From an uncultured Gammaproteobacteria bacterium (GTDB lineage Bacteria > Patescibacteriota > Microgenomatia > Levybacterales > GWA1-39-11), in the NCBI GenBank assembly GCA_964511305.1, contig CAZEEU010000004.1, positions 4,093 to 68,092 of the forward strand: a stretch of 64,000 nt of DNA, read 5' to 3'. Every line of letters starts with the position of its first letter. Position 1 is the stretch's first letter. Position numbers and translations under genes: made by a program. Under the pieces are notes generated by a model that had not been told where the DNA came from, made no database searches, and worked only from the letters and a program-made list of their open reading frames with translations. Shown piece by piece: positions 20,620 to 29,675 of the stretch.

Positions 20620-21049
20620 GACTTCCCTCCGGTTCAGGCTGAACCCGAAGGCGCGGAAGGTAGTGATGGCAGTTACGCGCGGGGACATAACGACCGGCGG
20701 CGACGAAATCCGAGAACTCCGCGGCCTTGCTTGATCTCCAACTGACCGCAGCCACACCTTCGACGCGAAGTCGAAGATCAGCCACGCTCAGTGAGCGGAA
20801 ATGCACGGCGTCGCGAATTGCCATGCGTGGAGTGGCAAGCCACTGGCCACGCTTCTCCTCGATGAGGAGATCGATGTCCGGATCGTCTGGACCCACCTGC
20901 ACAACCGTATTGCCAGGACCTTCATACCAGACCAGGATCTCGCCGTGAACGGCGAGAACGAGGAGAAGGTCGAAGCTCGGATCAACCGGCTTTGATATGG
21001 CAGGATCCCGAAGAATCCCAAGGATCTCTTCCATTGGAAGCTGTTCCAT
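20609..21049 (-). CDS. Hypothetical protein (GC island)
   Basis: Strong AAGGAGG SD 7 nt before ATG; 146 aa. Confidence 0.65.
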   Translation of the reverse strand: MEQLPMEEILGILRDPAISKPVDPSFDLLLVLAVHGEILVWYEGPGNTVVQVGPDDPDIDLLIEEKRGQWLATPRMAIRDAVHFRSLSVADLRLRVEGVAAVSWRSSKAAEFSDFVAAGRYVPARNCHHYLPRLRVQPEPEGSHAA

Positions 21050-21225
21050 TATTGGTCCTCCTTGCGCTATACGCGCCTGTTGGGTGTCGGCGGTGCCGGG
21101 GGTTGATTCGGCGGGATGTTGATCCGCCGAGGATCTCGGATCGGCCCATCGGGCCTACGAATAGGGCCCGGCAGTTCGCCGGGCCTGGGCGTAGTGGATG
21201 GACGGGTCGGTGTCAGTGTAGGCAC

Positions 21226-21432
21226 CTACTTGTCCTCCGTGTTTGACGGGTCTTTCAGCAGTGTCCTGCGAGGAAACCCAAAGATCCTTGCCTCCTCATC
21301 CGGTGTTGGTCGAGGACCAAAGGTATGGACTTCTTCCTCTTCAGTGCGCTTGATGCGCACAGCGATGGAGTCCTCTGCCGCGAGCATTTCTGTCTGCGTA
21401 AAAGGACGTCCTATGCCAGGTTCGAAGAACAT
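21226..21432 (-). CDS. 68-aa hypothetical protein (GC island)
   Basis: AGGAG-TTTTT-ATG start; begins MFFEPGIGRP. Confidence 0.55.
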   Translation of the reverse strand: MFFEPGIGRPFTQTEMLAAEDSIAVRIKRTEEEEVHTFGPRPTPDEEARIFGFPRRTLLKDPSNTEDK

Positions 21433-21699
21433 AAAAACTCCTGTGCCATATCGGCACACTAAGAATAAGAATTAAGGATCTAGAATTAAGTATTAAGCTC
21501 TTTATACTTTATTCTTTCTACTTTCTTCTTCTCAAAGTGCCAACATGGCAAATACAACAGTCATTTTCAAAGAACGCTTTTACTACGGCTTTTCAAAGCA
21601 TGCGAACAGCTTTGCGAGCCAAAGCAAATTATGGGTATTTTACTCTCTTGAAGTGGCAAAAGCCATACGGCGAAGAAAAAATACTAGAAAAAGCGTGGG

Positions 21700-21741
21700 C
21701 CTGCACGCAATGCATTTTGCAAAGCGATGGCAGGCGGACAA
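21700..21741. repeat. REP-like imperfect palindrome
   Basis: CCTGCACGCAATGCATTTTGCAAAGCGATGGCAGG just past the signal peptidase stop. Confidence 0.45.
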
Positions 21742-21757
21742 GACGGTTCTGCTTTAT

Positions 21758-22171
21758 TTACAACAACTCTTTCAATATTAATATTCCCTCTCCTACATAT
21801 GGGATTACCGCAAATACTTTTCCGTAAATATTTTTGTCTGTAATAAGTACAGAATCAGAAATGTTATTGGCATCTCCTTTTGTAGAATAGTATGTCGCTC
21901 CTCCCAACACCTCTTCCCCAACAATACGATGAGACACATTTCCTTTTTGCTGGAATGTTATTACATCCCCCTTTTTGTACGATGATTTCGAAAGCGTATA
22001 CACGATGCTGCCTTTAGGAATTGCAGGCTCCATTGAAGAGGTGGTAATAACAAAAGACTTTACAGCAGGAATAAAATTCGTATTAAGAATCAATAAATTA
22101 AATGTAGCGATAGGAAAAAGTACAACCGATAGAATCAAATACAAAAATGAGTAAAATGCTTGGGCAGGCAT
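21758..22171 (-). CDS. Signal peptidase I, SipW/ER type
   Basis: TSSMEPAIPKGS, GDVITF, VSHRIV and TKGDAN (Ser-His type). Confidence 0.9.
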   Translation of the reverse strand: MPAQAFYSFLYLILSVVLFPIATFNLLILNTNFIPAVKSFVITTSSMEPAIPKGSIVYTLSKSSYKKGDVITFQQKGNVSHRIVGEEVLGGATYYSTKGDANNISDSVLITDKNIYGKVFAVIPYVGEGILILKELL

Positions 22172-22313
22172 AAAGAAATGAAAAACTTAAAAGCAAAAAG
22201 GCAAAAATAGATTTGCGAAATGCTTGGACAAGAAGACTACAAAGACAGTTAACAGGTATTTAACGAGAATTTCAAGAGCACTTACTATTCGAAATAATCA
22301 CAAACTAGAACAA

Positions 22314-22940
22314 CTAGCTGGACGCTTTAGGAGATAATTTTCTGTATACATGAGCTCCAGCAAGCATAACAATTGGCCAACTTATTACAAGACCAAGTCC
22401 AAATACGATCATACCTAGAATTGTAATACCAATGAATGCGAGGCCTAGATAGAAAAGCTGGAGCTTTGCACCATTTGTAATTTTTCCACTTGTTCGAAAA
22501 GCATCCATAGGACTCATTTTCTTGTCAACAATTAGATATGTAATATATTGATATTTAATTCCCCATATAATTCCAGGGACAATAAGCAATATAAATCCGA
22601 CAAGAACCACTACCCCATAAATTAAAGATCCTAAAAAGAAATTAAGTATTAGATTGTAATGCTTGTAAATATCATCATAGGTTGGCTTTTTGCCATCTAC
22701 GATTTTAAGACTAATTACAATCGTACCAATGCCAGTAATCATCTGTACAAACCATCCAAGAATTGTAAAAATGAAGCTCAAATTTGGCATATTCTCACGA
22801 GACCAATCGTGAAGCCACTGAGGAATAAGTCCTGCGAGAATTACAATTATGAAAGTGACAACAAGAAACTGCCAATTCTTTTTAAAAGTCTCCCACCCAT
22901 AAGAGAGGGCTTCTTTAACTGAGATAGTATTATGTGCCAT
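22314..22940 (-). CDS. Integral membrane protein (DUF975-like)
   Basis: LLIVPGII...S.K.T.G pattern. Confidence 0.7.
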   Translation of the reverse strand: MAHNTISVKEALSYGWETFKKNWQFLVVTFIIVILAGLIPQWLHDWSRENMPNLSFIFTILGWFVQMITGIGTIVISLKIVDGKKPTYDDIYKHYNLILNFFLGSLIYGVVVLVGFILLIVPGIIWGIKYQYITYLIVDKKMSPMDAFRTSGKITNGAKLQLFYLGLAFIGITILGMIVFGLGLVISWPIVMLAGAHVYRKLSPKASS

Positions 22941-22981
22941 TTAGTGTATTTTCCCTGAATCAAGCACAAAAGTCAATGCAC

Positions 22982-23737
22982 TCATTTTTTTGGAGTCGCA
23001 AATACAAGAAGTCTTTTCCAAGCTGTTCCCGGAGGCCAACAGGTCTGAAGGATTACTCGCTCTCCCTGACCCATTGCGCTATCAATATAATGAGTATCCG
23101 TTGAGTCTACAATTTTTGTCTCGCTCACAGTGTAGTTATATCTCTTACCATTGAAAAATAGGACCACCTCATCTCCTATCTCCATTTTGTTAAGCAAATA
23201 AAAGACAGCATTATAACGTCCTACCGACCAAAAGTTATCCGTACTATGAGCGAATAAATAAGTTGTCCCATCTAATCCTGGGAACGATGTCCCTTTTGCG
23301 TGAGCAATTGTTCTTGATAATACTTCTAGATATTCTTTCTCATTATTTGGATCAACGTTTGGCGTAACCCTCTCATTGGCCCCAATTTTGGGGATCATAA
23401 CAGTAAATGATGGATCTTCCGGATACAATATCTCCTCTTGATCTCCATTAAGAACTTCATCAAATAAATTAGGTTGCCTTTTGATCTTTTGGCCTTTCTG
23501 TAAAATTTTAGTAAATTCCGAGGGTGAGGTGGGGGTTTCTTTTACAACTTCATATTTTATGTCAAAAAATTGAGTTAATTGGTAACGACTTTCAAAATAT
23601 AAAGCAGGCCCGAACGTAGCTGTAACTCCAAAAATTGTAAAAAGAATCAAGAAATTGCCTAAAGTTCTTATGGCAAGATACTTTATTACTGCAGGATTTA
23701 TTTTATGAATGTGAGTCTTCTTGGGAGGGACAGGCAT
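22982..23737 (-). CDS. Sortase-family protein
   Basis: N-terminal TM, IPKIG, LFAHS and LQTCWPPG...RL. Confidence 0.9.
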   Translation of the reverse strand: MPVPPKKTHIHKINPAVIKYLAIRTLGNFLILFTIFGVTATFGPALYFESRYQLTQFFDIKYEVVKETPTSPSEFTKILQKGQKIKRQPNLFDEVLNGDQEEILYPEDPSFTVMIPKIGANERVTPNVDPNNEKEYLEVLSRTIAHAKGTSFPGLDGTTYLFAHSTDNFWSVGRYNAVFYLLNKMEIGDEVVLFFNGKRYNYTVSETKIVDSTDTHYIDSAMGQGERVILQTCWPPGTAWKRLLVFATPKK

Positions 23738-23748
23738 TTAATTAATTA

Positions 23749-24180
23749 TTACTTTCTTCTTTCTTCTATAAAAAATGGCTCGCGCTCTGCAATCCACTTA
23801 AGAACTACGTCTTTTAATGCTGGTGGCGCAATTACCGCATCGACAAATTTATCCATTGGGAACCAAAAGAATTCAACGTGAGACTCTTTTGAAACAATAT
23901 GCTTTAAATCTATGTCGACATTGAAGATAAAACTCACTTCATGTTTTTGCACACCCTCTTGCTCAAATAAATTCTCAATACCTCCAATAAATTCAGCGTC
24001 TTTCAGTATTGCCCCCATCTCCTCATAAAGTTCGCGTCTCAACGCATCTGTCATTGTTTCATTGAATTCAACGTGACCCCCAGGTAGGAAAAAATAATCT
24101 CGTCCGACTGTCTGACAAACCAATATTTTTCTATCTCGTATGACAAGAGCCCTTACTATTAATTCTTTTTCCTCATTCAT
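23749..24180 (-). CDS. NUDIX hydrolase
   Basis: Nudix box LPGGHVEFNE...ALRRELYEEMG. Confidence 0.93.
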   Translation of the reverse strand: MNEEKELIVRALVIRDRKILVCQTVGRDYFFLPGGHVEFNETMTDALRRELYEEMGAILKDAEFIGGIENLFEQEGVQKHEVSFIFNVDIDLKHIVSKESHVEFFWFPMDKFVDAVIAPPALKDVVLKWIAEREPFFIEERRK

Positions 24181-24238
24181 AATATCTATTCTAGCAAAAT
24201 TACTTGACATATATAATATCTTTTAGAATAATGAGATA

Positions 24239-24832
24239 ATGAGTGAGGAAAAATCTGAAGTAGATCACCAGGCTGAACCTCTAATTGACTTCGCGAATGA
24301 CGCAAAAACTGCTAAGAATTTTTTAAAAGATAAGAATCTTAATCCCCCTACCATGAAACAAAGACTTGCCAGATGGGGTGCTGCTATTGGGTTGGGAGCC
24401 GCAGGAGTAACAACAGTAGGATTTATGGCCAATGAAGCAGTGGAGGCCAATTCCAACGCAGACTGGTTTGGAAAACCAATTTCGGGTGAGGTAATACACG
24501 TTCAACTACAAAAAGTAAACGACAATCACAACCGCCCTATCGGCCCTACATTCAGAGACGATGCTAAAGTGCAAGATAATAATGAATTAACTCCGGAAGA
24601 AATTGCTGAAAGAGGAATTGGTCTGAATCCACTAGACGTTATGATACGCGAAGTAAAAGGTGCAACATACCCTAGCGGGATCGCCAAAGGCTTCGACACT
24701 GATGAAAAAGGGAACAATTATGGCATGTGGGGTGAAATTGTAGTCGAAGATCCAAATACGAAGGAGATAAAAGGTACTGGAATCTTTATGTCAGGGAATC
24801 AATATAGTAAACCCCAACCTACAGATAGATAA
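24239..24832 (+). CDS. Hypothetical protein with one TM segment
   Basis: 197-aa ORF with TTGACA/TAGAAT promoter immediately upstream. Confidence 0.7.
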   Translation: MSEEKSEVDHQAEPLIDFANDAKTAKNFLKDKNLNPPTMKQRLARWGAAIGLGAAGVTTVGFMANEAVEANSNADWFGKPISGEVIHVQLQKVNDNHNRPIGPTFRDDAKVQDNNELTPEEIAERGIGLNPLDVMIREVKGATYPSGIAKGFDTDEKGNNYGMWGEIVVEDPNTKEIKGTGIFMSGNQYSKPQPTDR

Positions 24833-24849
24833 CTCTATAAAAGAACTAT

Positions 24850-25389
24850 CTACTTTTCTTTTCCAAGAAGACTAATAAGAATAATTAGCGCAAAGGTGGT
24901 AAATGCCATAACAGGAATAGTTATATATCCATACTGCGCGAATTGAACAGCACTACATTTTGCAACCTCATCGCTACACTCAAATGCTTTAGGAAATACC
25001 TGCATTAAGATGTGATATGTAGATATTAAGATACCCACAATTGAAAGTGCTAATACAAACTTTTTAATACGACTCTCGTTAAAAATAAGAGACACTAGTG
25101 AAATAAGTCCTATTGGATACATAAAAATTCGCTGATACCAACACAACTTACATGGGACGAAATTTAAAATCTCTGAAAGAGCTAAGCTACCAACTGTCGC
25201 TGCTGCACTTATGACAAAAATTATGGTTATATAATTCTCAGAAATAAGCGTAATAATTTTTTTTGTATTCTTAATTGTAAGTAGTCTTTTTCTAAAAATT
25301 AATAGTCCCAAAAGAAATATAGCGACAATCTGACCAAGCAATGTAAGCATCGAGAGGGCATCAATAACTACTTTGGCTAATGGATCCAT
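24850..25389 (-). CDS. dsbB: Disulfide oxidoreductase, DsbB/BdbC family
   Basis: PCKLCWYQR; second Cys pair; ITIP. Confidence 0.9.
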   Translation of the reverse strand: MDPLAKVVIDALSMLTLLGQIVAIFLLGLLIFRKRLLTIKNTKKIITLISENYITIIFVISAAATVGSLALSEILNFVPCKLCWYQRIFMYPIGLISLVSLIFNESRIKKFVLALSIVGILISTYHILMQVFPKAFECSDEVAKCSAVQFAQYGYITIPVMAFTTFALIILISLLGKEK

Positions 25390-25390
25390 A

Positions 25391-26233
25391 TTATTCCTGA
25401 AGAGGAAGAGCTGTAGGAACAGAACTACCAACAGTTGGTGAAGGTGAGTCTTTAGTTTTGACTGAAGTTCCTTCTTTACCAATAGCATCTGAAATCACTT
25501 TTTGAAATTCAGTAAGATTTGCAGGAGTGTTAAGCCTTACACCTTCAAGGAAGAATGTTGGGGTCCCGGTAACACCATTTGCTATACCTTCATTTCTTTG
25601 ACTATCAATTAATGCTGTTATTGCTGGGTCTTTTAGGTCATTTTTATATTTATCAATATCAATCCCCAGGCTTTTTGCGTACTCAACGAATTTATCATCA
25701 GGCACCTTAAGCTCAGCCCATTCAGTCTGTTTTTCATAAAGAATGTCAATAAATTCAAAATACTTACCCTGCTTCCCTACAGCTTCCGCAGCAATTGCTG
25801 CATCCATTGCATTTGGATGGATATTTATAAGTGGGAAGTTCTTAAATACTAATCTCAATTTACCTGGGTTATTTACAAGTAATTGCTTGACATCAGGATA
25901 ATACAACTTACATGCTGGACATTGGAAGTCTCCATATTCAACCAGGGTAACTACTTTGCTATTTTCCGCTGATGCCGTTGAATCGGTCGTTTTTGGCTCT
26001 ACCATTTTTATATGGCCATTGTCTGCGATAGTCACTTTCCCGTCTTCGGTTTTGGGATTATTTTTATTCTTTGCTACTGCAATTATTCCAACAAACATTA
26101 GAAGAAATAATGCAGAAATTACAGAAATTGCAATCCACTTAAATGAATTGCTCTTTTGCTCAATGCCTCTGTTTTGCATTTTCTCAAGCTTTCTTAATTC
26201 TTTTATTTGTTTTTTTGTAAGACCGTCGGTCAT
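25391..26233 (-). CDS. dsbA: DsbA/BdbD thioredoxin-fold protein
   Basis: EYGDFQCPAC and GVTGTPTFF motifs; N-terminal TM. Confidence 0.92.
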   Translation of the reverse strand: MTDGLTKKQIKELRKLEKMQNRGIEQKSNSFKWIAISVISALFLLMFVGIIAVAKNKNNPKTEDGKVTIADNGHIKMVEPKTTDSTASAENSKVVTLVEYGDFQCPACKLYYPDVKQLLVNNPGKLRLVFKNFPLINIHPNAMDAAIAAEAVGKQGKYFEFIDILYEKQTEWAELKVPDDKFVEYAKSLGIDIDKYKNDLKDPAITALIDSQRNEGIANGVTGTPTFFLEGVRLNTPANLTEFQKVISDAIGKEGTSVKTKDSPSPTVGSSVPTALPLQE

Positions 26234-26290
26234 GTTCCCTATATCTTATTTCAATGCCTAGTAGTAGTCAAGAAGGCACCAAATGACACT

Positions 26291-27286
26291 TTATGAAATT
26301 ATCTTTCCCATTATCGGTATTTTCCTGCAAAATACTATTAGTAAAGAGGACAAAAAGAATACAACAAATACACTAACCAGCATATTTTGTGCCGGATTGT
26401 TTTTCATAAAAGCAAATTCCTGAAGGTACTTCCAAACAATCGAATGGATAAAATAAATTCCAAATGATGCAGCAGCGATTGATGAAATCACATTTCTGTA
26501 TTGAAGCAGAAAAGATCCAAATCTATTTGAAATTGCACAAATTATTACGAACAGTCCCGTTGAAAGCAAAACTATCCCGGGAGATATGTAATCAAAATAA
26601 TACAAAGATTCTTGCGCAATACCACTCTTTGAGAGAAAACTTAGTATTACAGTCAACAGTCCTACCAACATAAATACTATTGCCATAAATATGTTCTTTT
26701 TAGTGTCACTAATAAATCTAAATATATAAAACCCTAATAAATAGTAACCAACAAAACTTATAATTTGTCTTACAAGTCCACTGTCTGGACTAAATGGGAA
26801 GGCAGGAGAATTGTGATAAAACGGAAATATCGATACGGCTATGAACCAGAGAAGAATAATTATTCCTACATCTTTTTTGCTTGAGCCAACGGTTATTTTT
26901 CTTATTGCAGGTGTCAAAATATATAACCCCATTACCATTGGCATGAACCAAAATGCCTGAAGTGATGTTTTAAAACTTCCGAAAGATAATGGCAGTCCAA
27001 GGAAAAAAATATATACAAATGACCAAAATATCCAGGGGAAAATAACTCTTCTCACTCTTTTTAGATAGAAATCTTTATACGACTCGTACTTTGTGAGCAA
27101 AAGTGCTCCTGAAAGCATTACAAAAAGTGGAATTGAAGTCTTTGCTATGGCGAAATGTATGTAATAAAAAAGATTATCTGAAGAAATATACTTTGGTATA
27201 TAACTCAGGTGTACGGCAACTACTAAATAGATTGCAATAATTCTAATAACATCCGCCCAAAGAAATCTTTGAGATTTACCTGCCAT
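26291..27286 (-). CDS. Acyltransferase family 3 (OafA/WecH-like)
   Basis: D.IR..A...VV..H, PLFVMLSG and SFGIYFIH; the longer ORF start runs into tRNA sequence. Confidence 0.88.
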   Translation of the reverse strand: MAGKSQRFLWADVIRIIAIYLVVAVHLSYIPKYISSDNLFYYIHFAIAKTSIPLFVMLSGALLLTKYESYKDFYLKRVRRVIFPWIFWSFVYIFFLGLPLSFGSFKTSLQAFWFMPMVMGLYILTPAIRKITVGSSKKDVGIIILLWFIAVSIFPFYHNSPAFPFSPDSGLVRQIISFVGYYLLGFYIFRFISDTKKNIFMAIVFMLVGLLTVILSFLSKSGIAQESLYYFDYISPGIVLLSTGLFVIICAISNRFGSFLLQYRNVISSIAAASFGIYFIHSIVWKYLQEFAFMKNNPAQNMLVSVFVVFFLSSLLIVFCRKIPIMGKIIS

Positions 27287-27483
27287 GGTGACCCCGAGAG
27301 GACTTGAACCTCCAATCTTCCCATCACTCAATTGCTGTTTCATGTGCCGTCGAGAGGACTTGAACCTCCAATCTTCCCCTTAGGACGGGGCTGCTCTATC
27401 CATTAAGCTACGACAGCAAATGTAGACCGGGTGCTCAACCTTTGTGCAAAGCACAAAGTCGAATACCATTAAGCTACGGAGTC
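27286..27483 (-). other. Split tRNA-like frame enclosing tRNA-Arg
   Basis: 5' piece GACTCCG-TA-GCTTAATGGTA...GAGC (27421-27483) pairs with 3' piece ...TTCAAGTCCTCT-CGGGGTC-A-CCA (27286-27322). Confidence 0.6.
27345..27417 (-). tRNA. tRNA-Arg(CCT)
   Basis: Acceptor GCTGTCG/CGACGGC, D arm GCTT/GAGC, anticodon loop GT-CCT-AA, T arm GGAGG-TTCAAGT-CCTCT; CCA not encoded. Confidence 0.85.
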
Positions 27484-27554
27484 TTACTCAACCACTCCGC
27501 AAGCTTGGCTTACGGAGTCTTACTCAACCACTCCGCAAGCTTGCTTCCGGAGTC
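27475..27554. repeat. 35-36-bp tandem repeat, two copies plus a partial
   Basis: TACGGAGTCTTACTCAACCACTCCGCAAGCTTG(G)CT. Confidence 0.9.
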
Positions 27555-27635
27555 GTTTGATTCATTATTTTAGCACAAGCCCACGTTTCTCTTTCATATA
27601 TTGACAGACATCTGCTCTTCTAGTAAATTCTCATT

Positions 27636-28850
27636 ATGGCAGCAGGAGGACCAGAAGCAGCACCCCAACCATCGGAAGTTATAGACCAACCCCAACAGTA
27701 CCAGCTCATAGATGGTCGAATTGATACTGCTGTCAATTTAGAACCAGGAGAAACCATCACCCCACTAAAAGTGGTATTTGCAGGAAAAGGTGCTATGGGT
27801 AATTCTTTTTTTGATGCCGTTCAAGGCTCAGTGCATGAAATAGTTGAAGTCTATGGGCCCGCTGTAACTAAAAAAAATCCCGTTCTTGATCCGATACGAC
27901 AAAAAGCAAAAGATCTTGGAATAACAGAAAATAAATTTAGCAGTCTCGATGATCCAGCGGAACTGAAACGACTTGAAGAAGATGTAAAACCAGATGTAAT
28001 AATCGGCGCAAATTTGACACTCTTTGTAAAACCAGAACTTGCCAAAATTGCAAAATTAGGAATGTGGGGAAGTCATTTTTCAAACCTTATCGAATCCCAA
28101 CATAGAGGCGCAAACGCCACCCAGTGGCAATTCGTAAATGGAGCGGAAGAAGTGTACCTTAGCCTGCATGCATTAGGTCGAGACGATGAAATGGATGACC
28201 CTGATGGCACTGAACCTGAAGAAGGGCCATTACCTAAAGGCTCCGTTAATGACCCGGAGAATGACACGGCAGACAAAGGACCGGTACTTGCAATGACAAA
28301 AATTGATAGATCTGCAGGCCCTCGTGCGCACTCTGCTTTCTTTTCTCAGCAACTACTTGTTAAAGGCCCTGAATTTATGGTTCAAGTTCTCAACATGATG
28401 TCCAAAGCCAAAGATCAAGGAATAATTTACACAGGCCAAAGACAAATAAGAGGAAGAGGAAATTATCAACCACCAATGAATAAGGACCATCTGAGAATTA
28501 GTCCTGAAGAGACTGCTCTTGAAGCTCAACATAAAGTTGAAGCGGGAACTGGCAATCCTGGGGCATATATCGTTATGGAAAGTGGTGCAGAATACACAAT
28601 CTATGATGCAACAGCACAGGATGCAGAATCAACAAAACCTGGAACATTGAGCTCAATAACGGAAGACGCGGTCAATCTAGACATGAAAAAAGGGAAATTA
28701 AATGTAAGAACTATGAGAAGCGGTGTTATAACAAGAATAGGAGATGTGGTCTCAGAAACTGACAAAACCAAACCACAACCCTCACCACTTTTTGCCTCTG
28801 AAAGAAATCTCGCTCCTGGTGATTATTTTGTCGCACCACAACTACAATAG
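27636..28850 (+). CDS. Divergent formyltransferase (Fmt/10-formyl-THF hydrolase-like) paralog
   Basis: KVVFAG, SHFSNL..HRGANATQW, DKGPVL and NPGAY echo Fmt motifs. Confidence 0.7.
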   Translation: MAAGGPEAAPQPSEVIDQPQQYQLIDGRIDTAVNLEPGETITPLKVVFAGKGAMGNSFFDAVQGSVHEIVEVYGPAVTKKNPVLDPIRQKAKDLGITENKFSSLDDPAELKRLEEDVKPDVIIGANLTLFVKPELAKIAKLGMWGSHFSNLIESQHRGANATQWQFVNGAEEVYLSLHALGRDDEMDDPDGTEPEEGPLPKGSVNDPENDTADKGPVLAMTKIDRSAGPRAHSAFFSQQLLVKGPEFMVQVLNMMSKAKDQGIIYTGQRQIRGRGNYQPPMNKDHLRISPEETALEAQHKVEAGTGNPGAYIVMESGAEYTIYDATAQDAESTKPGTLSSITEDAVNLDMKKGKLNVRTMRSGVITRIGDVVSETDKTKPQPSPLFASERNLAPGDYFVAPQLQ

Positions 28851-29034
28851 CAAAAATTTACTTTCCCAACTATATCTCTTTGAAGAACATATCCCCACTC
28901 ACAAGAATCAGAACTCATGGGGTGATTGTCCCCCATCACAAAATAAGATTTTAGGCGCAGCAACAGCTTACGACTAGAGTATGTAATCTACTATCAGTGC
29001 TGTTTTGAGAACCCTTTGATCTTATAATGTCGGC

Positions 29035-29625
29035 ATGAGCCTAGAGACATCTTCGGGAATGGAGGCACAATATCATGCAGTTGAACAATTTTTGGCAAAA
29101 GAAATTCTTGAGCCCGAGTTCCAGCAATTAGATTTTCCACCTGACTTAAATACTCTTCGATTGCTTTTGGAAGCATCTGGGCCCGTAGGAATCGTTAATT
29201 TTGGAAAAGATAATTGGCATTTAGTCAGAAATGCTAATAGCTATCCTCCTTCAATTTATCAAATGCCACCCGATGCCGAAGTCCTTGTTTATTCAGATCC
29301 CACTTGACCCCAAGAGTTAACTCTTCCACTCGCGGAAGAATTTGCATTGGCCTCACGTACAGCAAAAAATCTACACGTCACTCAAGGTGGAATTACAAGA
29401 TATTGGTGCTTAGAAAACAAAGGATTCGAAACACCTTCGACAAGACCTGTGGATGTTAATAATCGTCTTCATAGAATTTCAAGGTCCACTGATCCAACAG
29501 ACATGGCGGAGTATAAATCAGTGTTAGCGGGGGAAGGTGAACACCAAATGGTCTCTGGAAAATATATAACACTACCCTGGGAAGTGATCACAGAACCTGT
29601 TGTTACCGCAATTATTCAAATGTAA
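29035..29625 (+). pseudogene. Hypothetical gene split by an in-frame TGA at 29305
   Basis: The two ORFs share a frame (offset 312) with no other stop between them. Confidence 0.6.
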
Positions 29626-29675
29626 TTAGAATAAGCCTGCTTGTAATCAGCTAATTTTAATGGAAGAATGGTTAT

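Noticed and set aside
20340-21470. RNase P, tmRNA, SRP or rRNA fragment
   Set aside because: No signature sequences were recognised, and SD-led ORFs explain most of the region
20437-21475. Plus-strand ORFs in the GC island
   Set aside because: They lack SDs and are expected shadow ORFs in GC-rich DNA opposite SD-led genes
21537-21827. Plus-strand ORFs of 78 and 96 aa
   Set aside because: They overlap the signal peptidase 3' end and a palindrome, with no recognisable motif
27475-27554. CRISPR array
   Set aside because: The units are contiguous tandem copies with no unique spacers, and there are no cas genes in the window
29305-29307. Genetic code 25 or selenocysteine recoding
   Set aside because: Other genes end at TGA, long genes are intact under code 11, and no SECIS is evident
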